Shown in pieces: positions 1 to 13,802 of a stretch of 64,000 bases of DNA. Under the pieces are notes generated by a model. The model saw nothing but the letters and a program-made list of their open reading frames with translations, ran no database searches and was not told where the DNA came from. The stretch comes from Atractiella rhizophila. Taxonomy: Eukaryota. Positions within the stretch are counted from its first letter, which is position 1. Each line of letters opens with the position of its first letter. The stretch is from contig MU271258.1 of assembly GCA_021432655.1 (NCBI GenBank), positions 29,774-93,773 on the forward strand, given 5' to 3'. Both the position numbers and the translations under genes were made by a program.

Positions 1-1052
1 GTCTGTGCGCGTGGCCAAACGCAAATTGTGGTTGCTTATATCCATCAGAGAGTGGAGAGCGTAAGGTTCTTGCTTCATCTGTAAGTGAAACCCAATTGAC
101 GAATACATCAGGAAATGTGAAGGGAAGGGCGTTTCCACATTATTATATCGCGCATCAGTGCAGCAGCACGGAGGTGCGAGCAGGGTTTTGGGTCCTTTGT
201 CTTTATGTCTTGCGACAAATGAAGCTGATAAGAACATGCTGTCAAGGTGTACTACCCCAAGGACGGCCATACGGGTACAGGTCACAGACATGACTGGTCT
301 GCTTTTGTTACCATGCGGACGCTGCTCTACTAACTGGAATGATTCATGGGCAGGGAGTACTACCTTGTTCGTTCACGCTTTATCATCCTATCTTGTGTAA
401 CTGCTGTTAAATGGCTGATCGAGCAGGTCATCTGGTCTTCAGCATCAGCCACAGGTGACTTCACAAGATCGTCCCATGTTTTCTCCTATCACGGAGATAG
501 GCTACAAGAAGCATGGAGCAGTGCTTCCACCGTCGAGTTCGTTACATCTATCAAGTAGTGGTAAGCATCATGACGCGTGGGGAACAGTGACGATTTGAAT
601 GATGCAGCTGATGGCGAGGGCAATCATGCGTGCGCCTCTGCTCTGCCTCTCGAGATGACTAGTTAATGAGTGCGGTTGAGCAGTCTTGTGTACCCTGGTA
701 CACTTTGATTTTCAACTCAATATAGGAAAGAAGCTGACGCTTGGAAGGTTGGTCGAAACATCCAAATTTCCCGGACAGAAACGTGTGTTTTCCGTCCTTT
801 TCTGAAGGGAATGGGCTGAAGTTGGTGTGGACAGATTCGGTTTTGCGACGTCCTATCGCAGAGTACGAAGAACGCATGTCCGTACATTCTTCTCCAATGC
901 CTTACACACTTATCAACTGCTTATTAGACCGAAGCCATGACTGGTGGTTAGTCCCCTCGTTCTATACTTGCTTTTTCTTACTCTTCCCCATCAAGGTACT
1001 ACGCGGACGAGTCTGATTTGATTAACGCCGAAGCGTCAACGCAAATCGGCGG

Positions 1053-1218
1053 CTGGATAGATGCTATTGGAGACGGATGGGGATCGGCGACTGGGTATCC
1101 GAGTGTGAGAGGAGGGGATGGAAGGATCTGTGGACTGGATAGATGCTATTGGAGACGGATGGGGATCGGCGACTGGGTATCCGAGTGTGAGAGGAGGGGA
1201 TGGAAGGATCTGTGGACT
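1053..1218. repeat. Two-copy 82-bp tandem direct repeat
   Basis: ctggatagatgctattggagacggatgggg...ggatctgtggact begins at 1053 and again at 1135. The period of 82 is not a multiple of 3. Confidence 0.95.
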
Positions 1219-1789
1219 CAATGGCACCGGAGGCACAATACTGAGGACCCAGGAGGAAAGAGAGACGGCTTGGGACGCAATTGATGCAGTTACACTGACG
1301 GAACTGAATTTGTCGGAGGCGGAGATCAGGAAGAGATGTATCGTGGAGGAGTAAGTGGTTTTGCAGGGTTCATTGTATGTCTATTAGCGTATTATTTCAC
1401 AGCTGCATTGGTACCGACGTTTCACAGATCCACAATCCATCGATATTCATCAGCTAGATTCAAGTCTCGACTAGCTTGACGCCTGCTGTATTTTATTCTC
1501 GCACTCCTTGGAGTTTATTTGTTCACCACCACTGCTAAGTCTTGCATGTCAGGGTTAAGGTACATGACGCTTCCATACATAGCCACCTCAATCACAACCA
1601 GACAAGTTCACCATGCACCCTCACAACACCTCACATCTTGAAAATATGTATGAGTTCAAGGTACTATGCAGTAAGCTCTTCTCAGGGTACATGGCTAATG
1701 GCTACAGATAGCGGACTTCCCGCTGATATACAACAACCACATAAACCTGAAAAGCCTCCTCCAAGTCGCAAAGATATCCGCATTCATCA

Positions 1790-3413
1790 TAATGACCTGC
1801 CACGCAACATCGAGCTGCCAGCATAGCCACAAAGGCAACTGAACAAAGACTTGCCTATCCTCCACCACCAGACACAGCTGCGACGCCTTCTTCCAGACGG
1901 TACTTCAACTGAGTCCTCACTTCGCCCGCGACATTGCTCGAGCTCGCCCAATGCCACAAAGGCAGTGAGCCACACATTGCTGATCCTCCAGCGTGCAGAA
2001 ACAGCTGTTTCGCATCCTCGAATAAGTTCAAGGCTTCCTCATCCCCCCCACGACGTTCCTCAATCGCTCCCGATGCCAAGAATGCAGTGGGCTAAGACAG
2101 TGCCGATCTTCCACCAGCAAATACAACTGCTTCGCCTCCTCAAATCGTTTCAATGCCTCCTCGTTCCGCCCACGACGCTGCTCAATCCGCCCAATACCCC
2201 AAATGCAATGAGCCTCGCCTTGCCGGTCCTCCACCAACAGATACAGTTGCTTTGCTTCCTCAAATCGTTTCAATGCCTCCTCATTCCGCCCACGACGTTG
2301 TTCGATCCTGCCTATGCCACGAATGCAATAGGCCAAGCCTTGCCGATCTTCTACCAGCAGATACAGTTGCTTTGCTTCCTCAAATAGTTTCAATGCCTCC
2401 TCATTCCACCCACGGTGCTGCTCAATCCGTCCAATGCCACGAATGCAATGGGCCTGGCCCTGACGATCTTCCACCATTTGATAGATCTGTTTTGCTTCCC
2501 CCAACAGTCTGAGTGCTTCCACATTCCGCCCACGACGTTGCTCGATCTCTCCCATGCCGAGAATGCAGTGGGCCACACATTGTTTATCCTCCACTTGCAG
2601 ATACAGCTGTTTGGAATCTTCGAATAGGTTCAAGGCTTCCTCGTTCCGCCCGCGACGTTGCTCAATCTCTCCCATGCCGAGAATGCAGTGGGCAAGACAT
2701 TGTCGGTCTTCCACCAGCAAATACAACTGCTTCGCTTCCTCAAATCGTTTCAATGCCTCCTCGTTCCGCCCACGACGCTGCTGGATCCTACCGATGCCAC
2801 GAATACAATGAGCCAAGCCTTGCCGATCTTCTACTAGCTGATACAGTAGCTTCGGTTTCTCGAAATGTTTTAATGCTTCCTCATTCTGCCCGTGACGCTG
2901 CTCAATCCTCCCAATGCCATGAATGCAATGAGCCTGGCCTTGACGATCTTCCACCAGCAGATACAGTCGCTTCGCTTCCTCAAAGCGTTTCAATGCCTCC
3001 TCGTTCCGTCCACGATGCTGCTCAATCTTCCCTATACCACAAATGCAGTTGGCTTGGCCATGTCGATCTTCGACCATCAAATACAGATGCTTTGCTTCCT
3101 CTAACTGTTTCAATGCTTCCTCGTTCTGTCCGCGACGCTGCTCGATTCTCCCCATGCCATGGATGCATTTAGCGCGGCCTTGCTGATCTTTCACTGCCAG
3201 ATAAAGCTGCTTTGCCTCCTCGAACGGTTCTAATGCTTCCTTGTTCCGCCCAAGATGCTCCTCAATCATGCCTATGTCATGGATACAGTGGGCTAGCCCG
3301 TGTCGATCTTTTAACAGCTGATAGGACCGCTTCGCTTCCCGGAAGTGGGTCAGCGCCTGTTGCGGGTTCCCCTTCTGTTGAAAAGCTGACCCGAGAGCCC
3401 TCATCAATTCGGC
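1790..3413 (-). repeat. TPR-encoding array of 120-bp units: 11 in-frame units followed by about 3 frameshifted or degenerate units
   Basis: Unit AHCIxGIGRIEQRRGRNEEALKRFEEAKQLYLLVEDRQGL with a 120-nt period. TPR consensus residues I4, I7, G8, G15, A20, F24 and A27 are present. Confidence 0.95.
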
Positions 3414-5916
3414 TGTGATTGGCGGGGGTAAACTAAACCTTCCAGAGGACAAAGCACCCTGGATCAATACTACTGAGAGGAGGCTTTGAAGATGCAAAAA
3501 ATGCCAAATTTCTACCAGGAAATTGAAGACACCTGTCAGATCCTTGAGATGTTTAAGAGCGGAAAGGAGGACATGTTCCAAGTTTGGATAATCGTTACGA
3601 AAAGAGAGCAGTTCGAGTCGTTCAGCTTCGTCTTTGAATCGTTGGACATTTTTACGAGCCTTCTCAATTAGATGCTCCGTTAAGGGCTCAAGTGATAAAG
3701 TAGCAACTTTAAAAGGAGGAAGAGGGCCCCCAACCAAACGGTTGATATGTTCGCGAATTGGTGCAAGCATACGCAATCGTTGGGAGTTTGTAAAAATATC
3801 ATCAACTTTTTCAGCAAGTCCGACATCTAAGATGTTCGTGATGGCCACGGAAGACTCTTCTGAGCCATGAAGACCGGAGTCACTCACAATAGTTGTAATG
3901 TCATTGGCAAGAAGGCCATCAGGAGTCCACGATAGAAGGGCAAGTATAAAACTACTTAAGTCTTTGGTTTCTCGGAGAAGAGGTGAAGTGAGAGAAAAAG
4001 ATATCGAAGTCTCAAGAGTGTGTGTTTCTTGGCTATCTTTACTCCATAGCAGTTTGGTCTTTTTTGCCTCCCACTCCTTCGCCAAAACTGAGAGTGGCTT
4101 GGTCGATTCTGCGTTGGCACGAAGAATAAAAAGCTTGATAGATAAAGCATGATGATCAAGCATACTGATAACGGTCGCGATGGGCTGTTCTTGTTCCGGG
4201 CAATGAGTCTGTACCGTGTACATATACTTGAACAGGTCTAGCCCAGCTTCCTTGCTCAAGGATCCGATCAACAACTCTTGAAATCGCACTCCTGTCGAGT
4301 TCACACGTTCTACCTGATGGCCACGATGTACTACAACAAGAATGGAAGCAGAACGACAATTTTTGGAAAGAAAGGCTTGGAAGAATGGTTGCAGGTTATT
4401 CCGGTCGAACCTTGCAGGTGTCTCAAAATTATCCAAGACGAGGAGACATTTGTGACTTCTGAAATAACGTGCGGCAGCGTTCAGCTCGTCTTCGCCGGGT
4501 TGAGGGGCTAATCCAAAAACTTCCTTGCAAAGATTGGCAGAGAGAGAAGAAAATTCGGAGAAAGCGTCACACCGGGCCCAAAAACGAAAGTCTTCCTCCT
4601 GGCCATCTGTCATGACTGTGAATTCATTCTTGATTTCGTCTGCATGTAAGACTTCAAGTGCTACTGTTGACTTTCCGTTACCCGCGCCGCCAATTATGGC
4701 AAGATGTTTCTTGTCGGTGAGGATGAAGTCGATCGCCTTCTGAACCTGCTCCTGTCTTCCATAGCAAGCCCCCGGATGAGGTAACCGAATCTTCTTGTGT
4801 ACTTCAGCTGAGGTAGACTCTTCATATTCTAGGGCGCAATAGGTTACCATACAAATTAAAAATGAGGAGAAATATACCTTTCACCAATGATTGAGCAGCA
4901 TAGAACACCTCATGCTTCATCGCTCCCATGTAAGCCTTCGTACACGCTACAGCATCATTCTTTCGCTCCCATTCGTCCCACTTGAAATCCCCAAACGTAT
5001 CGACCGAGAAACGGTAGTAGCAATGCCCCTTCCGCTGTTCTTGCATCATCACCTTCACCTCGTTCGAGACCCTTGCGCAATCCATAACTATCGCCTTCAA
5101 TGCTCGGTCAATATCATCTCGAGTGTGGCCCAACTTGATGGCAGGGGTAACGCCAGAGCCGAGAGACACGAGACAGCCAATCTCACAACCAGGTCCCCAA
5201 ATTCGCTTCGCTTCTTCAACAGCTATTGCAGTCGGGTTATCACGGCCCAGGTTAATGTAGCCGGTGGAATCCATGTTGATTGGAGGAAAGAAGGGATGAC
5301 GGGCAGCGGTCGCCCTTGCAGCTTCCCAAACCGTTTTAGTGCTAGCGGGGACAAAGGGAGATGACGCAGCACCGCGAATATCGTAGGTGCGCATCTCCGT
5401 GGAAATGACGACGTTAGACTCGTAGGTAGAAACGACGAAAGTCCTGCATCTGTCTTGCAAGGAGGCATCTTTCATAGAAAGTGATTTCGCAGAATCGTGA
5501 GAAGAGATCATATGCCGCTGGATAACAGAGATGAAAGTTTCTTCAAGCTTTTCCGCCGAGTAAGCGTACTCCCCACTAGGGATCGTCGGATTTTGCAGAA
5601 ATACTTTCTGCGTGATCTCTTCGTATGCCGCAATGCATTGGCGAACGGTCATTCCCAGCCTCCCGAGCATCAACGCGATCCATCCACCCGTCGAAGTTCC
5701 ACAGACTAGATCAAATATATCGCAAGGACGAAAGTCCTCACCTTCTGGAATGTTAAGGATATGTCCCGCTTGAATCATGATCTGTTCCAACATGTACGGA
5801 GCGGAGAAGGAGCGGATGCCTCCACTGTCGATGCACAGGATGCGCAATCTCTTGGGATTCGTTTTCTTGATGCTCTCGAGGACCTTAAAGATCTTGATAG
5901 GACGTTCGGTACACAT
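2028..5916 (-). CDS. NLR-like STAND receptor: N-terminal patatin-like phospholipase + NB-ARC/NACHT-type P-loop domain + C-terminal TPR array
   Basis: ORF 4822-5925 has patatin motifs DSGGIR, GTSTG and WEAARAT. A GT..AG intron at 4877-4829 (49 nt) joins SLVK|E to EYEESTS of ORF 2028-4850, which has Walker A GGAGNGKS, Walker B LLVLDNFET and 40-aa TPR repeats. The start codon is uncertain and the 3' end is broken by frameshifts below ~2093. Confidence 0.92.
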
Positions 5917-6617
5917 GTTGGTCAAAGGATTAGATTACGAGGAAACGTTGACATATGGGGGTGGTTTATTGTGACAAGTGGTTATTGTTCTAGCACCAGT
6001 TTCATCAGAATCGCTCCCGTGGGTACCCCAGAGTCCAGACGCATCATAAATAAAGCAAGCATAGATATCTTGGTATGCTTTCATATGTTGTTGGCACCAA
6101 AATGTCGAAGGCTCACAATCAACAATAGGGATATTGGGGTTGCAACCTCCATCTGATTTGGCTTGTCACCTCTGTGGGGTTGGGTAGCACTACGAATCTA
6201 GTGTCCAAGGACGTACATAAACTCAAGAATGCAAAATCGGGGTTGCCCATCCCTACTCTTCAATGGAAATCGCAACAGCAATTAGATATTCACATTGCTC
6301 CCACTTGTGCTCCATTCCCAGCACAAATCAACGAAGGAAAATACCGACTCCTCAGAGATCACAGAGACAACTTTCTGCCCTATCCTTCCTCACAATATTA
6401 AATTGGCCACTCGCTCAATACCCAATATCCGAGATAATAAAATTTGTTGATAAAACTCCGTACCTCTCACGCTATGGACTAAGACAGGTTCCTTAATAAG
6501 TCGTGGTCGTATAACTGCTGGGCAGCCTCTCACGCGATCAGTACGTAGTCTCAGGATTACATGTTAACACTACAGAGAAGTTGTCATTAGTACAGCATCT
6601 GGGACGCGTCTTGAAAG

Positions 6618-8371
<1,754 letters not shown>

Positions 8372-8568
8372 CTTGGGCTCTTGACTCAAAAGTACATGTA
8401 ATGTAATCTTTTGTTCGTTTCGTCCTGCTGCTTCAATGTTCTGTCTCAGCTTAGCGAATGGAGATGGTCATGACATCACCTCATGAGAAACGCGACGGAA
8501 CTTAGAATTAGAATGCAAAAGCATGCCACGAACTAGACACAAAAAAATACAGAATGCTACTGCTACGT

Positions 8569-10950
8569 CTAAGTCCGACCAGCTGCTGTCAAGGAATATT
8601 CCTTCTGAAGGCATATTTCAGGGTTTTGGGATAGGATAATGAGGGGGATGATGGTTGGCGCAACGTTCCTCCATTCCAACGCGACATCCTTGAGCTTCTC
8701 CACCGCTTGTAGGAATGACATCTCCATCTTGAAAGTTTCCTCACTTTCCCCCTCTCTTTGCCTAATAATACATAAGTTCCTAAACAGGACTTTTCCGGCG
8801 ATGCCCATCACGTATGAGAAAACGGTCGCTGAATGCCTCCGCTCTGCTACGGTCTTGCAGAAGAGGGGAAGAAGACAAAGCACCGTCTGCGCTGCTCCGT
8901 GAGATATATTGAACGAAGGAGAAAGCTTCTCCGGAGTCGGATCTGGGATTCGATGATGCATTAAGATGATAGCTGCAGAAAGAGCACATTGAGCATTATG
9001 CAGGAAGTCCCGATCCTTGAGCTCGTCTTGAGAAAGATCAAAAGTAGCTTTATATGAGAGCGTGGCGAGGTAAGAAACCGGAAAGGAGCGCTGAAAATTT
9101 TTGCACATCTGGGCAATGGAGATGAATTCGTCGCTTTAAGAACGCTCAGTAACAGATGCGAGAAGCCAAGAGTGCCTACCTGGCCTCGATGCGCTCGACA
9201 TCAATCTCCTTCGAACTGCGTTCGAGATGCCGCCAGTATTCAGCTACCTTAGTCAGAAGCAGTGAACACTTGAACAGGATGCAATTAGCCTCCAAATCTT
9301 GCAAAGGACTCTCCTCAGTGTAGAAAGAGGGGCTGTGAAGCCATAAGCGGGCGGTCGTCTTTTCTGGATGGGACGACGGAAGGGGGATCTGGATATCTTC
9401 TGCGGAAATGCACGGAGAATCCCTTCGAAGTATAGCTGCAACAGATTCGTAAGATACCATAAAGTAAAAGGTCATTGATCTGTGCCATGTAAGTGATGAT
9501 AACATTTGTGGTAGTGAAAAATCTACCTTTCATAACGCTCCCTTGGACTGCATGCTGCTAAGACTTCCTCCCGATTCCATCCCAGCATCACACAAAGACG
9601 GAGAGATTTCACCCGCCAGATTTGGCCAGTATTGTAGCCACAGTTGCAGTCGAGACAGCAAAGAACACTCGCTTTAGCCAATCGCTCCAATCCACGTCCG
9701 TCGTCCTCATTTTGTATCTCCTCCAAGTTCTGACCCGTGTGCGTCTTGATGAACTGAGAATGATGTTCAAGTATTGAGCGCTTGAGCTCCCAATCCTTTG
9801 GTAAGCCATCGGGATTGATATGCTGCAATTAATCCTCAGTAGAATATGGGATTATCGAGAGGATCATACCTTTTTATACATCTCTACGGAGCAGCAATTT
9901 CCCGCAAGGCACTTCTCTAGGACGGGCTCTGACACCGTGTTTGTCCAGTATGGGAGATGAGAAGAAAGCAGGAGTTGAAGATCGTCCCAGCGCATACTGA
10001 AAACTGCAAGTTGACAAAGACCGTGAAGTATTAGGGCTTCAGAGAGTCTCAGAATGTTAGAAGGAGCTAAATATCCAAGAATATCTTCTTTCGAAAGGAT
10101 ATGGTTTAAAATAAAATTCGTCTGGAAAGCTTCAGTCACAAGGGCTGCAACAATATCAGGTGAAGGTAGCTGGTACACTTCCAATGGAGTCGGTTCGTAA
10201 GCAAAGCTCGCCGACGCCAGAAACTTGAATATTTCATCTTCTAATTGAGGGAACACAATTGGCAGGTGTGGTGATGCAATCGATTCGGGCTGAGAAATTT
10301 GCTCGAGATAGGAGGAAGGGGAGACAGACGAGACGGTGTTGGCCAATCCGGGAGGAATGTAAGGGCAGCTTCCAACGTTGAAGTCCTCAATGTCGGGCGT
10401 CCAGGTAGGGCCTTGAGAAGCTCTTTGTAGAGTCAGGTTATGTAATACTGCTTGCAGTTTCTCTGTATAGCCTGATGAGCGACTAATTTCTATGGAGGCA
10501 TTAGACACACCTATCTTCTCCTCCAAGCTTGCAACTGTGTCGCTATCCTCATCTTGATCCATCGAAAGAGGCAATTTTCTTTTTACTGACACCGTTTTGT
10601 TCATGTATTTTGGGGTGATAAACCTTCCTTCATGATATTGGCAAGAGACAGTACCGTCTTCTTCCACAAACTTGAAATTACTAATAACATACTAGTGTCA
10701 ATTTCACGCCCGATCACATAGTTTCATAGAATGAGCATACCTGTTCCCTGCTCCTTTAGATTGGCTGAACTTGATGCAAGGCCCACCTACGCCTTGACTC
10801 AGATTTATAAAGACATCTCAATCAGACTCACAGGGGTCCTTCCCATCACATTTGATCTTGCGTATGCGGCAGACTGATTAAACGTCAGAAAAAGTCAGTC
10901 CCCTCATTATGATTATGTATCGTGAACCCAACTGGCTGCAGGCAAGGACC
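8569..10950 (-). CDS. Zn(II)2Cys6 fungal transcription factor with a central regulatory domain, multi-exon
   Basis: Spliced exons near 10650-10875 read CRIRKIKCDGKDPCGPCIKF...SCQY. Downstream exons at 9864-10667, 9523-9828, 9176-9505 (IQIPLPS) and 8569-9108. The first Cys and the start codon were not resolved. Confidence 0.75.
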
Positions 10951-12094
10951 TTTTGAGCCTTGTGGCAAGAGCAAAGGTTCTAGCAGCGAAATCTGAACTA
11001 CATACTCGCCCACTGCAGTAAAGGCACGAGATTACGTCCCAGCTGCATTGTCCGTGCCACGCCGGCCGCGAGCCCATGTCCCACGACTGCGTCCTTGTTT
11101 GCAACATCGGAGCTAGAGACCGGGAATGGTCATTTTGTCGAAGAAACATGCTCAAGCAGCATCTTGGAACACAAGTAAGAATGTTTTGATTCCTACACCA
11201 GCATGTGGGTTTGGACAGTTGAACGTATGAATGGTGCTAAATGTAATGTTCTTGGTCTATCAATGCAAGCACCTCGACCAAACACTCCATACCCAGCTAC
11301 GGCTATAGCTGAAATGACGGACTCACTTTTGCATGCCTTATATCTGGGAGCCTTTACGCCGCTCCTACTGGAGGTCGAGGAAGTCATCGGAATGAACTGA
11401 CGCTCGAGTTTTGTCACGAGGAGTAACCTGCGGAGGTTGGGGAGTTTCTGAGCGGACTCGGACACGGTAGACCGCACACGTCAAGGCGAGCGCACACTCG
11501 ATACGCGACCTGAGCCAAACAACTATGAGTGCTTGCACTGTATACGTCACAATAACCTGCTCTGTGCTCTGTTATGGTTTCGTTGCCCAAAAAAGGCCCA
11601 GGAGACCGGCGATGCTCCATTTCAATCCCCCTGGCACCTGACAAGCAAGAAAATACGCACAATTATATGATAGCCCCAGTTATCTATTGCTTTCAATTCA
11701 CTTATACGCCTGACCAACCTGACCTGTTTCCTCGTTGGTGTATATTGCTAGCTGCACCTTCCTGCCCTGCTGCTGGTGGGTGCTGGTCGTTTGATCTGAT
11801 AACTCGATAAACTTTATTTTGTCTCCCCACCCGTGCGTACTCCTGGTCATTCCTTGGGGCGTTCGTCCAAAAATGTCTACCATCCTAACGACGGCCATAC
11901 GAGGAGAGATACGAGACACGTAACGTGACTTTGATTGAGGCGAGACGTAGACGTCCACGAAAACGTAAAGCCTGGATCAACCTTTCCTGCCGCCAGCCTT
12001 CAGTCTTACAGCATATAAAAGCGTCCACGAGCACTCACGAACCACCACATCGCTAGCAGTTTCCACCATAAAACCACACCAAACGACGCCAAAT

Positions 12095-13525
12095 ATGGCT
12101 TCTCCAGTTTCTTCAAGCCCTCCCGTCGAGATTGAAAGAATACCTATCCACAAACCTTCGTTCGAAATCAATTTTATGACTCCTGATGTCCTTAGTGATG
12201 AGCCCGCATCGCGATCCTCAACCGTACCGATCCCAATTCCTATGCCGCGTACGTCTAACTCTTCGCCTGGCCCTTCACCCTCAGGCTCGCCCAATGACGC
12301 TGGGTCTCCGCCAAAACGACTTTTCAAACGATCGTACAACTCGGATGACGTTCAAGCCTTGTCCAGAGGACGGTCGGAGTCATTGACAGGGCTTCCACGA
12401 CCTCGAATCCCTGGCATCAATAGCGGAAGTGCAGGCCAAAGCCCTGAACGTCGGAGTCCCAAGAATGGAGGAAGTCGAGCGAGCTCTCCTGGAGTGGGCC
12501 CAGGAATCGTCATTGCTTCTTGTTTGCCGTTCTCTTTGTAGGATCTCTATTCAGTATTGACGCGGCGATTCAGCGACTCCTCTTGTTGGCGACACGAAGA
12601 TTGCCACGACCAGGATGGTGATAACCAAACAACATATTTCTTATCCACAGGCTAATCCTCTCATTCCATTCCCTGCTGCGGTGCTTGGATTCAATGTCGT
12701 CTTCCATTCCGCCGCTTCTTCTTCCTCGCGCGTTCACAATGCCGACATGAAAATCCGATTCCTCCCTCATGAAGGAATGGGTCAGGAATTTGCTCCCGTC
12801 GTAAAGGCTCTTTACCCGTCTAGCAGTACCTTTGGACAAACAGACGTCCAGTTCGAAAGGAACAACACTCTGGGAATCACTTTTGGGTACTCTCCTTACG
12901 GCGCTTTGACCATTGGAACGGTGCGTGACCTCATCTTGTCGCTTCACCCCTTCTTATCGTGTGATGCACAGGCGAACAATAAGAAAGTCACGACTACGAC
13001 GTCAGCGAATTTCATTGCGTCTGGCTTGGAAACGAATTGCGTATTCCTCACTCTTTCGGAAGGTAGGTTATCTGCCTGTCAGTCCTGCGACGGTGGCTAA
13101 AATTGCCGATAGATCCAGCATTGAAGCAAGGGGTTCCGCACAAGTTCGACTTTGCGGTTCTCCTTTTCCTTCCTGACGGCGGTCAAGACAAAAGTTTCAT
13201 GGCAGAGTTGGAGGTAGATGCCACCATTGGGGGAATTCGCGGCCTCTTCGCAGGTGGCGAAAAGGTAAGTGTTTCTTAAACATCTCGCTCGATGATAATG
13301 GAATATCTCTAGAAATATCGCCTCGAATTTGACGGGGTTACGGAGTTGGGACGTCTCAAGATTGGGGGTACTAGTTTCTTTCTCCAGTCGTTGTCTTCCA
13401 TGTGCTAACCACAGCGGCTTTCAGGTGTTGTCCAAGTCCAGCGCTCTCCTCAGTTGAGCAACCATCATCCTCTCCCCATAGAGGACGATAAAAGCGTCCT
13501 GGGCGTGACAGTAGAAGAAGTATGA
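12095..13525 (+). CDS. Hypothetical protein: Ser/Pro-rich N-terminus plus a predicted beta-rich C-terminal domain, about 5 introns
   Basis: TATA-like catataaaa at ~12013, then ORFs 12095-12541 and 12615-13100 joined by plausible GT-AG introns. Later exons read DPALKQGVPHKFDFAVLL...ELEVDATIGG. The last exon is uncertain. Confidence 0.7.
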
Positions 13526-13802
13526 TTGATGATTCAAAGATTGCGGTCAAATTCATAACTTGGTGCATTGCATTTCATCCTGCATTTCAATGACAGTACA
13601 TCTTTTATACAGCCAAATAATAGTGCGTGCGAATGTAGTATATTGGGAACTTAATTTCTGCAACCTTTCCCAAGCATGTGATCTCCCCCAACGAAATGCG
13701 TGTCCGAAGGTTTGCAGGTGCCACGCACCAACGATTCGCGACGACGAAAAAAGAGGCATAGAAATTGGGATTGGGACGTTCGAGAGCGTGTTGATAGACG
13801 AA

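Noticed and set aside
1..1050. Short ORFs that might be a degraded gene or element
   Set aside because: No convincing motif, and the region may be error-rich.
1053..1218. Repeat considered as a CRISPR-like array or LTR
   Set aside because: Two adjacent copies with no spacer, no TG..CA ends, and a eukaryotic context.
1851..3418. Repetitive plus-strand ORFs (e.g. 1851-2387 and 2513-3172)
   Set aside because: Antisense shadows of the TPR array with no independent coding evidence.
5916..6500. Amyloid signalling motif or adjacent HeLo/gasdermin effector for the NLR
   Set aside because: No HET-s-like or Asn/Gly-rich repeat is visible, and the neighbouring gene is RVB2.
6604..6609. ACGCGT (MCB-like) site before RVB2
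   Set aside because: Single hexamer within 10 nt of the ATG; likely chance or 5' UTR.
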